This document shows, piece after piece, positions 36,543 through 45,654 of a DNA stretch of 63,800 bases. The stretch is taken from the NCBI GenBank assembly GCA_964594405.1, contig CAZQMY010000001.1, positions 1-63,800 of the forward strand. The letters are read 5' to 3'. The number at the start of each line of letters is the position of its first letter. Positions within the stretch are counted from its first letter, which is position 1. Origin of the DNA: an uncultured Spirochaetaceae bacterium. Its GTDB lineage: Bacteria; Myxococcota_A; UBA9160; UBA4427. Position numbers and translations under genes: made by a program. The notes beneath the pieces were generated by a model, which had not been told where the DNA came from, ran no database searches, and worked only from the letters and a program-made list of their open reading frames with translations.

Positions 36543-37481
36543 ATGGATCAGCATCAGAAGTCCGACTCCCGAAGCCCCATCCCCGGCCGCCGCATGGCGT
36601 CCTTCCTCGGCACCCTCACGCTGGTCGGCCTCGCCGCCGCCTGCACCGAGGTCGACGGCGGCGGACTGCAGTTCGCGCTCAATGGCGGCACCATCACAGG
36701 CGGGACGGTCCTGGTCGCGCTCTCTGGCGCGCAGAGCGAGGGGGGCGAGCAGGGTGAGCTGACGCTGGGCGATGGGCCCTTCGCGGACGATCCCGACTTC
36801 GAGCTCACCCTCGCCCCTTCCTCCAGCGCGGTCACGAACGGCGGAACGGCCGTGGTCGGTCTCTCGGCGCCTTCGGACTTCGACGAGATCATCGTGATGG
36901 TGGCCGAACTCGACCATCACTTCCTCATCCAGCTTCCGGCGCCGACGAGCGCGGCCGATGTGCTCCTCACCGTCGAGCAGACCTACTCGGATCCCTTCGT
37001 GACCTTCCAACTCGCCGTGGGTGATGGCACCGACTACGGACCGCTCGCCGAGGTGACGTACGGCGTCGTCCAGGTCGGCAGTGGCGACGTACAGGTGAGC
37101 CTGACCTTCGATCGTCCACAGGATCTCGATCTTTGGGTGATGGACCCGAATGGCGATCTGCTCAACTGGGACAGCGACCCCGGAGAGCCGGATGATGTGC
37201 CCTCGGGAGGCACGCTCGACCTGGATGCGAACGCGGCCTGCTCCGTGCTGGACGAACGGGCCGAGAACATCACCTGGCCTTCGGGCAGTGGAATCCCGGG
37301 AACCTATACGGTCTACCTGGATCTCTGGTCGACCTGCGACGACGATCAGGACGTGAACTGGGTGATCACCGTCTCGGTGAAGGGCCGTGAGCCGCAGATC
37401 TTCCAGGGCACGTATCTGCGCGAGGACGTGGTCGCTCCGGTTCTCGAGGTCACGACCTTCGAAGGCCCGGTCGTGCCCTAG
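36543..37481 (+). CDS. Lipoprotein with C-terminal 'DLDLxVxDP' beta-sandwich module (YfaP/DUF2135-like, tentative)
   Basis: Lipobox 'LVGLAAAC', with an alternative ATG at 36594. The C-terminus reads 'LTFDRPQDLDLWVMDPNGDLL...GGTLDLDANAAC...GTYTVYLDLWSTC'. It is a paralogue of the 53517..54047 product. Confidence 0.6.
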   Translation: MDQHQKSDSRSPIPGRRMASFLGTLTLVGLAAACTEVDGGGLQFALNGGTITGGTVLVALSGAQSEGGEQGELTLGDGPFADDPDFELTLAPSSSAVTNGGTAVVGLSAPSDFDEIIVMVAELDHHFLIQLPAPTSAADVLLTVEQTYSDPFVTFQLAVGDGTDYGPLAEVTYGVVQVGSGDVQVSLTFDRPQDLDLWVMDPNGDLLNWDSDPGEPDDVPSGGTLDLDANAACSVLDERAENITWPSGSGIPGTYTVYLDLWSTCDDDQDVNWVITVSVKGREPQIFQGTYLREDVVAPVLEVTTFEGPVVP

Positions 37482-39889
37482 CTCCTCGAAGGCACGGCCG
37501 GTCCGCGAAGCCGGGCCAGCGCGGCTGCGCCCAACGCGTAGACCACGAGCGCGATCCCGAGGACGCCGACGAATCCCACGGTCATCGAGAGGATCGTCGA
37601 GAGCACCGAGCCCATCACCGAGAAGAAGCCGTTGATGGCCCAGGCCCAGGCGACGTACTCCGTCTGGTGCCTGGACAGGCCGCTCACGGTGGCGATGCCC
37701 AGCGGCATGAAGGCGCCGAGGACCAGCCCGATCGGCAGGAGGAGCACGGCCGTGATGGCCACGCGCGCGCCGAAAGGCGCACCCACCAGGCTCTTCGTGA
37801 GCAGCGGCAGGCCGAACTGCGCGAAGACGATGACCAGGGCGAGCGCGCCGATCAGCGGGAGCAGGGCGCGGTTGCCCGCCGATGCGTAGCGCTCGGCCAG
37901 CAGACTCCCGAGGCCGGCCGAGATGAGCAGGCTGAAGAGCGTCACCGTCAGCGTATGGCTCGGGTAGCCGAGGAAGAGCGTCATGCGCTGGATCAGCACC
38001 ACCTCCACGAACATGAAGCCGAGCCCCAGCGCGGCGAAGTAGACCGCCGCGTGGGCCTTGCCCGGCATCTCGCCCCACACCCTGCGCATGGCGAAGACCG
38101 GCATCGCGAGGAAGAGGCCCGCGAATCCCATGCCGAAGAGCAACAGGAAGACCAGTACTCGCTCGCCCGTGGCCACCTCGAACTGCTTCTCGGCCACGCC
38201 TTCGTCGAAGTCGCCGAAGAGGGCCTCGCCGAAGGAGGTGAAGTGCCAGAAGAAGGGCGAGTCGTCGGTGACCGGGCTGATGTCGAAGAGGTAGTCGGCG
38301 TAGACCTGCCTCCGCTGATCGGGGGTGGCAGCCAGCGTCAGCGTGATCGGATTGCGCACCCGCCCGACGTTCGGGTGCCAGAGCCCCGCGTTCGGCAGGC
38401 TCTCGACCGCCTCGCGGTATCGGGCGATCTGCTCGGGGGTGATCGGATCGCGCCCCACGAGCACGGTGGACGAGGCGAAGAAGCCCTTGCCGTGGCTCAC
38501 CAGGATGTGTCGCTGCGGCCGCTCGACACCCCGCGCTTCGAGCGCTTCGAGCGCCGTCGCCACCAGCCGAGGCGTCCGCGTCGGATGGCTGTGCAGGTAG
38601 AGCTCGCCGAACTGGTTGCAGAGCACGCCGCCCGGCTCGAGATGATCGAGGGCGATGTCGATCATCTCACGCGTGTAGAGGTAGCTCTCGCTCAGCACGA
38701 AGGCGCCCGAGCTCGCGGCGTTCATGGCCGCGTAGCTGTCGGGGGCCGTGAGCCAGATCAGATCCCACTTCTCATCGCTGCGCTCGAGGAACGAGCGCCC
38801 CTCGGCGTTCACCAGCTCGACACGCGGATCGAAGGCGACCCGGCCCGTGTAGTCGGCGAAGTGCTCGGTCAGCAGCGAGATCGTGACGGGATTGAGCTCG
38901 ACCGCCGTCACCGAGCGAGCGCCGAAGTGCAGAGCCCCCTGGATCTCGTTGCCCCCCGCGGCGCCGATGATCAGCACCCTGGGATTCGGCGGCAGGACGG
39001 CGAAGGGCTTCTTCTTGATCAGGCCGTCGAAGCGCGCCGTGGTGGCAGGCGTTCCATCGTAGCGGTGGATGGCCGAGCCGATGTTGCCGTCATGATGGAG
39101 CGTGCGAAAGGGAAACTCGTCGCCTTCGTCGATCACATCCACCCGGAAGACCGCGCTCCAGCCCGTGAAGGCGAAGCCGCGCTTGCCCATCCGCTGCGGG
39201 CTGGTGGTCTTCTGCGCATCCGGGATCGGCTGGGGGATGCTGGCGGGTGAGAGCATGGCGGCCGCGACGACGACGATGATGGCGCCTGCGAGGGCGCGGC
39301 CGGGCAGCGGCAGTGCGTCCTTGCCCAGCAGGGCGCAGACCGCGAGGACGAGCCCGGCGAAGAGCGCCGCGCCCGGGGGCGTGACGAGGGTGAAGAGCGG
39401 GATCGCCAGCGCGCAGCCGAGCCCGGCGCCCACGAGGTCGGCGAAGTAGAGGCGGTTCATGTCATGGGCGCGATGGCCGAAGATCGTGGCCAGCAGGATG
39501 CCCACGAGCAGGAAGGGCAGGAAGAGGAAGGAGCAGACCACCAGCAGCTTCACGAACTCGAAGGGGCTGCTCGTGAAGGTCTTCACGCTGATCTGTAGCA
39601 GCGATACGGTGAGATAGCTGATGGGGATGCACGCGCTCGCCGCCAGGCAGAGTCCGGGGATCTGCCTGGCGGGATCGGCGTCCTTGAGCCGGGGAAAGAT
39701 GGCCACGAAGACTCCGCCGGTCCCGATGCCGAGCATGGCCACGCCGAGGATGAAGTAGGTGAAGTAGTGGTAGAGCTTGAACGAGAAGACTCGCGTCATG
39801 GCGATCTCGAAGAGGATCGCCGCCAGGGAGACGAGGAAGATCTCGAGCCTGAAGGTCGGGGCGGAGGAGTCGTCGTGGGCGGTGGACAT
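37478..39889 (-). CDS. Fused polytopic membrane / spermidine-synthase-like (aminopropyl- or methyl-transferase fold) protein
   Basis: About 7 N-terminal TM segments. The central domain has 'VLIIGAAGGNEIQGALHFGARSVTAVELNP' and 'DLIWLTAPDS' (SpeE-like). About 6 more TM segments follow at the C-terminus. Confidence 0.8.
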   Translation of the reverse strand: MSTAHDDSSAPTFRLEIFLVSLAAILFEIAMTRVFSFKLYHYFTYFILGVAMLGIGTGGVFVAIFPRLKDADPARQIPGLCLAASACIPISYLTVSLLQISVKTFTSSPFEFVKLLVVCSFLFLPFLLVGILLATIFGHRAHDMNRLYFADLVGAGLGCALAIPLFTLVTPPGAALFAGLVLAVCALLGKDALPLPGRALAGAIIVVVAAAMLSPASIPQPIPDAQKTTSPQRMGKRGFAFTGWSAVFRVDVIDEGDEFPFRTLHHDGNIGSAIHRYDGTPATTARFDGLIKKKPFAVLPPNPRVLIIGAAGGNEIQGALHFGARSVTAVELNPVTISLLTEHFADYTGRVAFDPRVELVNAEGRSFLERSDEKWDLIWLTAPDSYAAMNAASSGAFVLSESYLYTREMIDIALDHLEPGGVLCNQFGELYLHSHPTRTPRLVATALEALEARGVERPQRHILVSHGKGFFASSTVLVGRDPITPEQIARYREAVESLPNAGLWHPNVGRVRNPITLTLAATPDQRRQVYADYLFDISPVTDDSPFFWHFTSFGEALFGDFDEGVAEKQFEVATGERVLVFLLLFGMGFAGLFLAMPVFAMRRVWGEMPGKAHAAVYFAALGLGFMFVEVVLIQRMTLFLGYPSHTLTVTLFSLLISAGLGSLLAERYASAGNRALLPLIGALALVIVFAQFGLPLLTKSLVGAPFGARVAITAVLLLPIGLVLGAFMPLGIATVSGLSRHQTEYVAWAWAINGFFSVMGSVLSTILSMTVGFVGVLGIALVVYALGAAALARLRGPAVPSRS

Positions 39890-40071
39890 GGAGGATCTCT
39901 GGCGGGCCAGTATCCGCCCTGCAACCTGCGCCGGTCAAGCGCCGACTCTGCGAGTGCTCCGCGTCCAGCGGTGAGCAGCCCGCCGGCAAGTAGGGGGCCG
40001 ACGGCGGCCGGGTGGGCCGGTACTCTCCGACCCCGACGCGCCCAGGGCCACCCAGTTCCACGGAGTGAAGC

Positions 40072-40494
40072 ATGTCCGAATCGATCTCGAACCTCCCGAG
40101 CGGTGATTTCACCGAGAAGCTCGGCATCTCGACCCAGCGGCTCGAAGACGGCATCTGCGAGATGGCGTTGACGGTGGGCGAGCTCCACCAATCCCGCGCG
40201 AATCGCGCACACGGCGGCGTGCTCTTCACGATGCTCGATACCGCCATGGGGCGCGCGGTGATTTCGAGGCTTCCGGCGGGTCGCGGCTGCGCGACCATCG
40301 AGGCGAAGATCAACTACTTCCGACCGGTGCAGTCCGGCCGCATCATCGCCCGAGGCGAGGCCCTTCGGCTCACCCGCCGCACCGCCTACGCCGAGGGCGT
40401 GCTCATCGACGAGGCGGGCAACGAGCTCGCCCGTTCGTCGGGCACCTTCTTCCTGACCGAGAACATCACCCAGAGCGAGCGCGAGCGGATCTAG
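40072..40494 (+). CDS. PaaI-family hotdog thioesterase
   Basis: 'NRAHGGVLFTMLDTAMG' and '...EGVLIDEAGNELARSSGTF'. Confidence 0.85.
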   Translation: MSESISNLPSGDFTEKLGISTQRLEDGICEMALTVGELHQSRANRAHGGVLFTMLDTAMGRAVISRLPAGRGCATIEAKINYFRPVQSGRIIARGEALRLTRRTAYAEGVLIDEAGNELARSSGTFFLTENITQSERERI

Positions 40495-40505
40495 CGGCGC
40501 ACCGA

Positions 40506-42539
40506 TCAGCTGCCCGCCGAACGTCTTGCGGGGTGCAGGTGGATCGGCGATGACCACGCACGCTCTTGAATCGTGGCGTGCAGGTCGGGTCTCGGTGCCG
40601 TGCCGGCGCGGAGGGCGTCCCAGGTCGACCATCGGCAGGTGGGGTTCTCGAGCACGCGCGCGTAGTAGAACGCTCGGTGGTGTACGTCGAAGTCCGGATC
40701 GCGCCAGAGGGTTCGAAGCTCGCCGGCGCCGACGCCTTCGGAGATGGAGCAGTCCGAGAGATCGACGCTCGCGCCGTTCTCGGGGCAGCGATGGGTCGAG
40801 GCGTCGACGCGCCCGCCGTCCGAGCAGGCCACGTCGTAGACCTCTTCGCGGGGCTCGCCCGCGGCGTCGATCCAGCCCTTCACGATCTGGATGCGCTGCA
40901 GGGGCGCGCTCTGGGGGTCTGCGAGCGCCCAGACGAGGAAGCCGGGCGTCTCCCCGGCAGAGGGCTCGAGGTCGCCTCCCATTGGAACGCCTGCCGCGTA
41001 GGCGCGCGCGATGCCTTCGTGGTCGTCCAGCATCGACGCCTCGAGCGCCTGCCCCGCGAAGAAGCGCAGGCGGATGCGCGGGCCGCTGGTGGCGAAGGTC
41101 TCCTTGCGACGAAAGGCCTCGTAGATGGATTCGCGCGTATTCTCCTCAGCCCATACGCCGGTCAGCCCCGAGGCGCCGTAGGTGGGCGTGGCGCTCATGA
41201 CATAGGCCTCGCCCTCGACCTCCGTATAGAGGCGCGGCGCGGCGAGCCGCAGGCCGAGCGCTTCGATCGCGCCGAGCGGTACCGAGCCCCGCATCTCGGG
41301 CTCGGCGTCGAGGAGTCCGAGCTTCGAGTGGAAGTCGGACTCGTCGTCCGACGTCGCGCCAGTATGGGTATCGCTCGCACCGACGAAGCCGAAGGCCCAG
41401 GGGTTGGTCAACCCCTTCGCCTCCAGGGCCAGTCCGCGCAGCAGGGCCTCGCGGAGGTAGCTGCCCTCCGGTGTGCTCAGCTCCATGGAGGCGATGCGGT
41501 AGGGCATGATCTCGAAGTCCGCCCACTCATCCCGCGTCGAGAGTGCCGGATGGGTCTCGGAGGTGCCCTTGACCTGAGTGATCTCCGCGAGGGGCTCGTT
41601 GCGGATACGCCGCCGCGTGTAGTCGTCGTCGAGCGGATCGCCGGCCCAGTCGACGAGCTTGAACATCTGTCCGTTCGAGCCGTTGGAGTTGTGCGGGATG
41701 GCGAGGCTCTCGATTCCGACCTCGCGCAGCCCGTCCATCCAGGTCCAGAGATCCTCGGGATCGCGCGAGTGGAAGCGCGAGAAGGGCACGTCCGGGAGCC
41801 GCTCGGCGCCGCGGAAGATCACGTTGCGGTGGAGGTTGCCGCGGTCGTCCGCCGAGCTCGTGTACTCGTAGGCGACGAAGGTGGTGAAGTGGCCGGGATC
41901 GTCGAAGCGCCGCGCGGCGTCGATGGTATCCAGCCAGGCTGCACGCGTGACCTCCAGCACCGTCTCGCGCGGGATGATGCCCTCGCGGATCGACCGGGCG
42001 AGGTTGGGCAGGATCGTCGAGAAGTTCTGCAGCCGACCCAGGAGACTCAGGAGGCCCATGTTCTCAGGCTCGTTCAGGTCGTTGTAGGGCCGCGCGGCCT
42101 CGTAGCGGGAGAGCTTCGTGCTCGGGTCGCCGGCCGCCGCGGCCACACCCATGAACATCGCATGGTCGGTGACCGCATAGAAGTCGAGGGGCGCCCGGAG
42201 CTGCATGTCGAAGCCGGAGGGGTGCTTCAGCACCTCGCCCCGGGCATATCGATAGGCATCCGCGGGCGCTGCGAGCGTGCCGAACGTATAGGCGTCGAAG
42301 GAGTATCGGGTGTGGACGTGCAGGTCGCCGAAGAACGCGCGGCGCGTGGCCAGACGCTCGGGGCGCGCGCGCTCGACCAGATCGAGCCGGGTCTCGAAGA
42401 GCGGCGTCGATGCGGCCGAGGGAAGCGCCCGCTCGGTATCGGGGCCCTGCCCCACCTCGTCGGAGCACGCGCAGAGCCCTATGGCGAGCATCGAGAGGAC
42501 GACCGGCAGGATGATCCGAGGGCGGGCGGGTCGGTTCAT
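40506..42539 (-). CDS. DUF3604-domain lipoprotein (PHP-like metal-dependent hydrolase fold)
   Basis: ATG at 42539. Lipobox 'AIGLCAC'. 'FFGDLHVHTRYSFDAY' and 'DFYAVTDHA' are DUF3604/PHP-type His clusters. The 1199-aa track ORF is over-extended. Confidence 0.8.
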   Translation of the reverse strand: MNRPARPRIILPVVLSMLAIGLCACSDEVGQGPDTERALPSAASTPLFETRLDLVERARPERLATRRAFFGDLHVHTRYSFDAYTFGTLAAPADAYRYARGEVLKHPSGFDMQLRAPLDFYAVTDHAMFMGVAAAAGDPSTKLSRYEAARPYNDLNEPENMGLLSLLGRLQNFSTILPNLARSIREGIIPRETVLEVTRAAWLDTIDAARRFDDPGHFTTFVAYEYTSSADDRGNLHRNVIFRGAERLPDVPFSRFHSRDPEDLWTWMDGLREVGIESLAIPHNSNGSNGQMFKLVDWAGDPLDDDYTRRRIRNEPLAEITQVKGTSETHPALSTRDEWADFEIMPYRIASMELSTPEGSYLREALLRGLALEAKGLTNPWAFGFVGASDTHTGATSDDESDFHSKLGLLDAEPEMRGSVPLGAIEALGLRLAAPRLYTEVEGEAYVMSATPTYGASGLTGVWAEENTRESIYEAFRRKETFATSGPRIRLRFFAGQALEASMLDDHEGIARAYAAGVPMGGDLEPSAGETPGFLVWALADPQSAPLQRIQIVKGWIDAAGEPREEVYDVACSDGGRVDASTHRCPENGASVDLSDCSISEGVGAGELRTLWRDPDFDVHHRAFYYARVLENPTCRWSTWDALRAGTAPRPDLHATIQERAWSSPIHLHPARRSAGS

Positions 42540-42719
42540 TCGGGCTCCGTGATGTCGGCGAAGCGTGCCTCGCCACCCTAGCCCTTGACGAGTTTTCGCT
42601 GCAACTGCAATCTGCTCTTCCGTCCTGAGGCCCGGCGCGAAGGTCTCGTCCGCTTCCCACTCCCGGCGACGCCCAGGCAGGGGTCGGCGGCATCCAGCCG
42701 TCGCCATGGAGGTCCGATC

Positions 42720-43910
42720 ATGTCCGAGGAAGCCCTCGATGCGTTCCGTAGCGAGATCGTCAGCTGGCTCGAGGCCAGCTGCCCGCCCACGCTCAGGCGC
42801 GGCGCGACCATCGATCCCGATGAGCGCGACGCCTGGCAGCGCGCCTACTGCGAGCGCGGATTCACGACGCCCACCTGGCCCAGGGAGTATGGCGGCGGCG
42901 GGCTCTCCAAGGCCGAGGCGCAGATCATGAATCAAGAGGTGACGCGCCTGGCCAGCTGGGTGCCCGTGGCGAGCTTCTTCGGTACGACGATGCTCGGCCC
43001 GGTGCTCCTCGAGTTCGGCAACGAGCAACAGAAGAAGGAGCACCTGCCCAGGATCACCAGCTGCGAGGTGCAATGGTGTCAGGGCTACAGCGAGCCCGGC
43101 GCAGGCTCCGATCTCGCGAGCCTGCAGACGCGCGCCGTGCGCGAGGGCGATCACTTCATCATCAACGGCTCGAAGATCTGGACGACTGGTGCGCATCGAG
43201 CAGACTGGATGTTCTGCCTCACGCGCACGGATCCCGATGCTCCCAAACACGACGGGATCAGCTTCATCCTCTTCGACCTTCATCAGCCTGGCGTGACCAT
43301 CTCGCCCATCCAGCTGATCAGCGGGGCCTCCGAGTTCTGTCAGGTCTTCTTCGAGAACGTGAAGGCCGAGGCGCGAAACCTGGTGGGCGAGCTCGGCGGT
43401 GGCTGGACCATCGCCAAACGACTCCTGCAGCACGAGCGGGCGATGCTCTCGGGCGGCGGCGGCAACGTTGCGCCGCGACGCAAGGCAGATGGGCCGCCGC
43501 CGCCGCCCTCCAGCGCGCTTGCCGAGGCGGCGCGTCCGCACCTGGGCGACGAGGACGGGAGGCTGGCCGACCCCGCGTTGCGGGATCGCATCGCGCAGTA
43601 CGAGATGGATGCGCTCTGCTTCGGGCTGAGCCTTCGACGCAGCGGAGAGCAGGCCAGGTCGGGGCAGGGGCCGGGCCCGGCTACGTCGATGTTCAAGCTC
43701 TACGCGAGTGAGATGAACAAGCGCCGTGGGGAGATCATGATGAACGTGCGGGGCGCCTCCGGGCTCGGCTGGGAGGGCGATGCGTTCTCGCCCGCTGATC
43801 TGATGGAGACGCGGGGATGGCTGCGCTCGAAGGGCAACTCCATCGAGGGCGGGACATCGGAGGTCCAGCTCAACGTCATCGCCAAGCGCGTGCTCGGGCT
43901 CCCCGACTGA
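42720..43910 (+). CDS. Acyl-CoA dehydrogenase (catalytic-Glu-containing subunit)
   Basis: GGAGG lies 8 nt upstream. 'WCQGYSEPGAGSDLASL', 'INGSKIWTTGA', and C-terminal 'IEGGTSEVQLNVIAKRVLGLP' (the YEGT-equivalent with Glu). Confidence 0.9.
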   Translation: MSEEALDAFRSEIVSWLEASCPPTLRRGATIDPDERDAWQRAYCERGFTTPTWPREYGGGGLSKAEAQIMNQEVTRLASWVPVASFFGTTMLGPVLLEFGNEQQKKEHLPRITSCEVQWCQGYSEPGAGSDLASLQTRAVREGDHFIINGSKIWTTGAHRADWMFCLTRTDPDAPKHDGISFILFDLHQPGVTISPIQLISGASEFCQVFFENVKAEARNLVGELGGGWTIAKRLLQHERAMLSGGGGNVAPRRKADGPPPPPSSALAEAARPHLGDEDGRLADPALRDRIAQYEMDALCFGLSLRRSGEQARSGQGPGPATSMFKLYASEMNKRRGEIMMNVRGASGLGWEGDAFSPADLMETRGWLRSKGNSIEGGTSEVQLNVIAKRVLGLPD

Positions 43911-43974
43911 TCGCCTGCGCCCGAGCGCACGCGAGAGAGTCCGAAGCGGCCATCCATCCACAGGGGAAGTGAAA

Positions 43975-45114
43975 ATGGACCTCGTCCTGCCCGAAGAGCA
44001 GGAGCTCATCAAGGAGAACGCTGCGGAGTTCCTGAGGGAGCACGCGCCCGTCACGCACCTGCGGGAGCTTCGCGACAGCCGGGATGCGGTGGGCTTCTCG
44101 CGCACGCTCTGGAAGGAGATGGCCAGTCTCGGCTGGGCGGGGATCCCCTTCGACGAGTCGGTGGGCGGTGCGGGGCTGGGCCTGGCCGAGCTGGGCGTAG
44201 TGCTCGAGGAGTGCGGGCGTTCGCTCGCCCCCTACCCCTTCCTCTCGACGGTCGTCCTCGGCGGGGGTGCCATCGACCTCGGCGGGAGCGACGCGCAGCG
44301 TCAGGCGATCCTGCCGGGCGTGTGCAGCGGCGAATGCCTGCTCGCCCTGGCCTTCCAGGAGCGGGGGCGGTTCGCGCCCTATGCGATCGAGACCCGCGCG
44401 AAGGAGGAAGGCGACGGATTCGTGCTCGACGGCTGCAAGCTCTTCGTGCTGGACGGTCACGTGGCAGACCACCTGATCGTAGCGGCACGGACCTCCGGTG
44501 ATGCTCGCGACCGCGACGGTATCAGCCTCTTCCTGGTGGATCCCGCCAGCGAGGGCTGCTCGATCGAGCGCACTCTCATGATCGACAGCCGCAATGCCGC
44601 GAACGTCACCCTCTCCGCGCTGCGGGTCCCGGCAGGCGCGCTGATCGGCCAGCCGGGTCGCGGCGCCGAGATCCTCGACGCGGTCTTCGATCGCGCCGCA
44701 GCGGCGCTCTCCGCGGAGATGGTGGGGCTGATCAGCGAGGTCTTCGACCGCACCGTGGAATACCTCAAGACGCGTGAGCAGTTCGGCGTGAAGATCGGCA
44801 CCTTCCAGGCGCTCAAGCACCGGGCCGCGCACATGTTCTGCGAGGTGGAGCTGGCCCAGTCGGTCGTGATCGACGCCCTGCGCGCCCTGGACGAGGCAAG
44901 GCCCCATGCGGCTCGCATCGTCAGCGCCGCGAAGGCCCGCTGCTCGGATGCGGCCAGTCTGATCGGCTGCGAGGGGCTCCAGATGCACGGAGGCATCGGG
45001 ATGACCGACGAGGAGGAGATCGGCCTCTTCCTCAAGCGCGCCAAGGCGGCCGAGCTGACCCTGGGCGACGCAGCCTATCACCGCGATCGCTTCGCTCGGT
45101 TGACCGGGTTCTGA
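43975..45114 (+). CDS. Acyl-CoA dehydrogenase family protein (partner subunit lacking the canonical C-terminal Glu)
   Basis: ATG at 43975, with GTG at 43969 also possible. 'LDGCKLFVLDGH', 'QMHGGIGMTDEEEIGLFLKRAK', and 'ELTLGDAAYH' where the catalytic-Glu motif normally sits. Confidence 0.86.
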   Translation: MDLVLPEEQELIKENAAEFLREHAPVTHLRELRDSRDAVGFSRTLWKEMASLGWAGIPFDESVGGAGLGLAELGVVLEECGRSLAPYPFLSTVVLGGGAIDLGGSDAQRQAILPGVCSGECLLALAFQERGRFAPYAIETRAKEEGDGFVLDGCKLFVLDGHVADHLIVAARTSGDARDRDGISLFLVDPASEGCSIERTLMIDSRNAANVTLSALRVPAGALIGQPGRGAEILDAVFDRAAAALSAEMVGLISEVFDRTVEYLKTREQFGVKIGTFQALKHRAAHMFCEVELAQSVVIDALRALDEARPHAARIVSAAKARCSDAASLIGCEGLQMHGGIGMTDEEEIGLFLKRAKAAELTLGDAAYHRDRFARLTGF

Positions 45115-45231
45115 GAATCCCCACGGCGACCCGCGCCGCCTCTCCGAGCTTGAAGGCCCCCACACGTGCATACTCTTTCACGAGCCGACGTGCGCTTGCC
45201 AGCGTGCCGGTGAAGGAGGAGATCCGTCATC

Positions 45232-45549
45232 ATGGGCGATTTCGATCAGATTCGCGGGCAGCTGCTCGCGCAGCTCGAAGATCTTCGCAAACGCCAGGCG
45301 AAGGTGGAAGGTGACCTGCGACGTTCTCAGCATCCCGACTTCGAAGAGCAGGCGCAGGAAGCCGAGAACGACGAGGTGCTCACCGACCTCGAGGCACACG
45401 ACCGTGGCGAGATCGCCCGCATCGAGCGGGCCATCGCCGCCATCGATGCCGGGAGCTACGGCACCTGTGCGGCCTGCGGTGGGCTCATCGCTCCGAGGCG
45501 CCTCCAGGCCCTGCCTTTCGCGACGGAGTGCATCGACTGCGCCGCGTGA
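45232..45549 (+). CDS. DksA/TraR-family C4 zinc-finger protein
   Basis: GGAGGAG is upstream. A coiled-coil N-terminus, then 'CAACGGLI...(17 aa)...CIDC'. Confidence 0.85.
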   Translation: MGDFDQIRGQLLAQLEDLRKRQAKVEGDLRRSQHPDFEEQAQEAENDEVLTDLEAHDRGEIARIERAIAAIDAGSYGTCAACGGLIAPRRLQALPFATECIDCAA

Positions 45550-45654
45550 CCCCGAGGTTCCGTTGGGCTGCGAAGACGGCGAGCCCGATGGCAGCGCATC
45601 CGCGCTGCGACGCCCCGGTTCAAGGCTTCGGGATTCGCAGCCGAAACGCATCTC

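Noticed and set aside
39885-39900. An identical 16-mer 'gacatggaggatctct' at 39885-39900 and 53475-53490, in both cases spanning the ATG of a minus-strand gene.
   Set aside because: My rough expectation for a 16-nt exact match within 64 kb counting both strands is about one, and higher with GC bias. The flanks diverge immediately, so I treat it as chance. It would be worth rechecking genome-wide.
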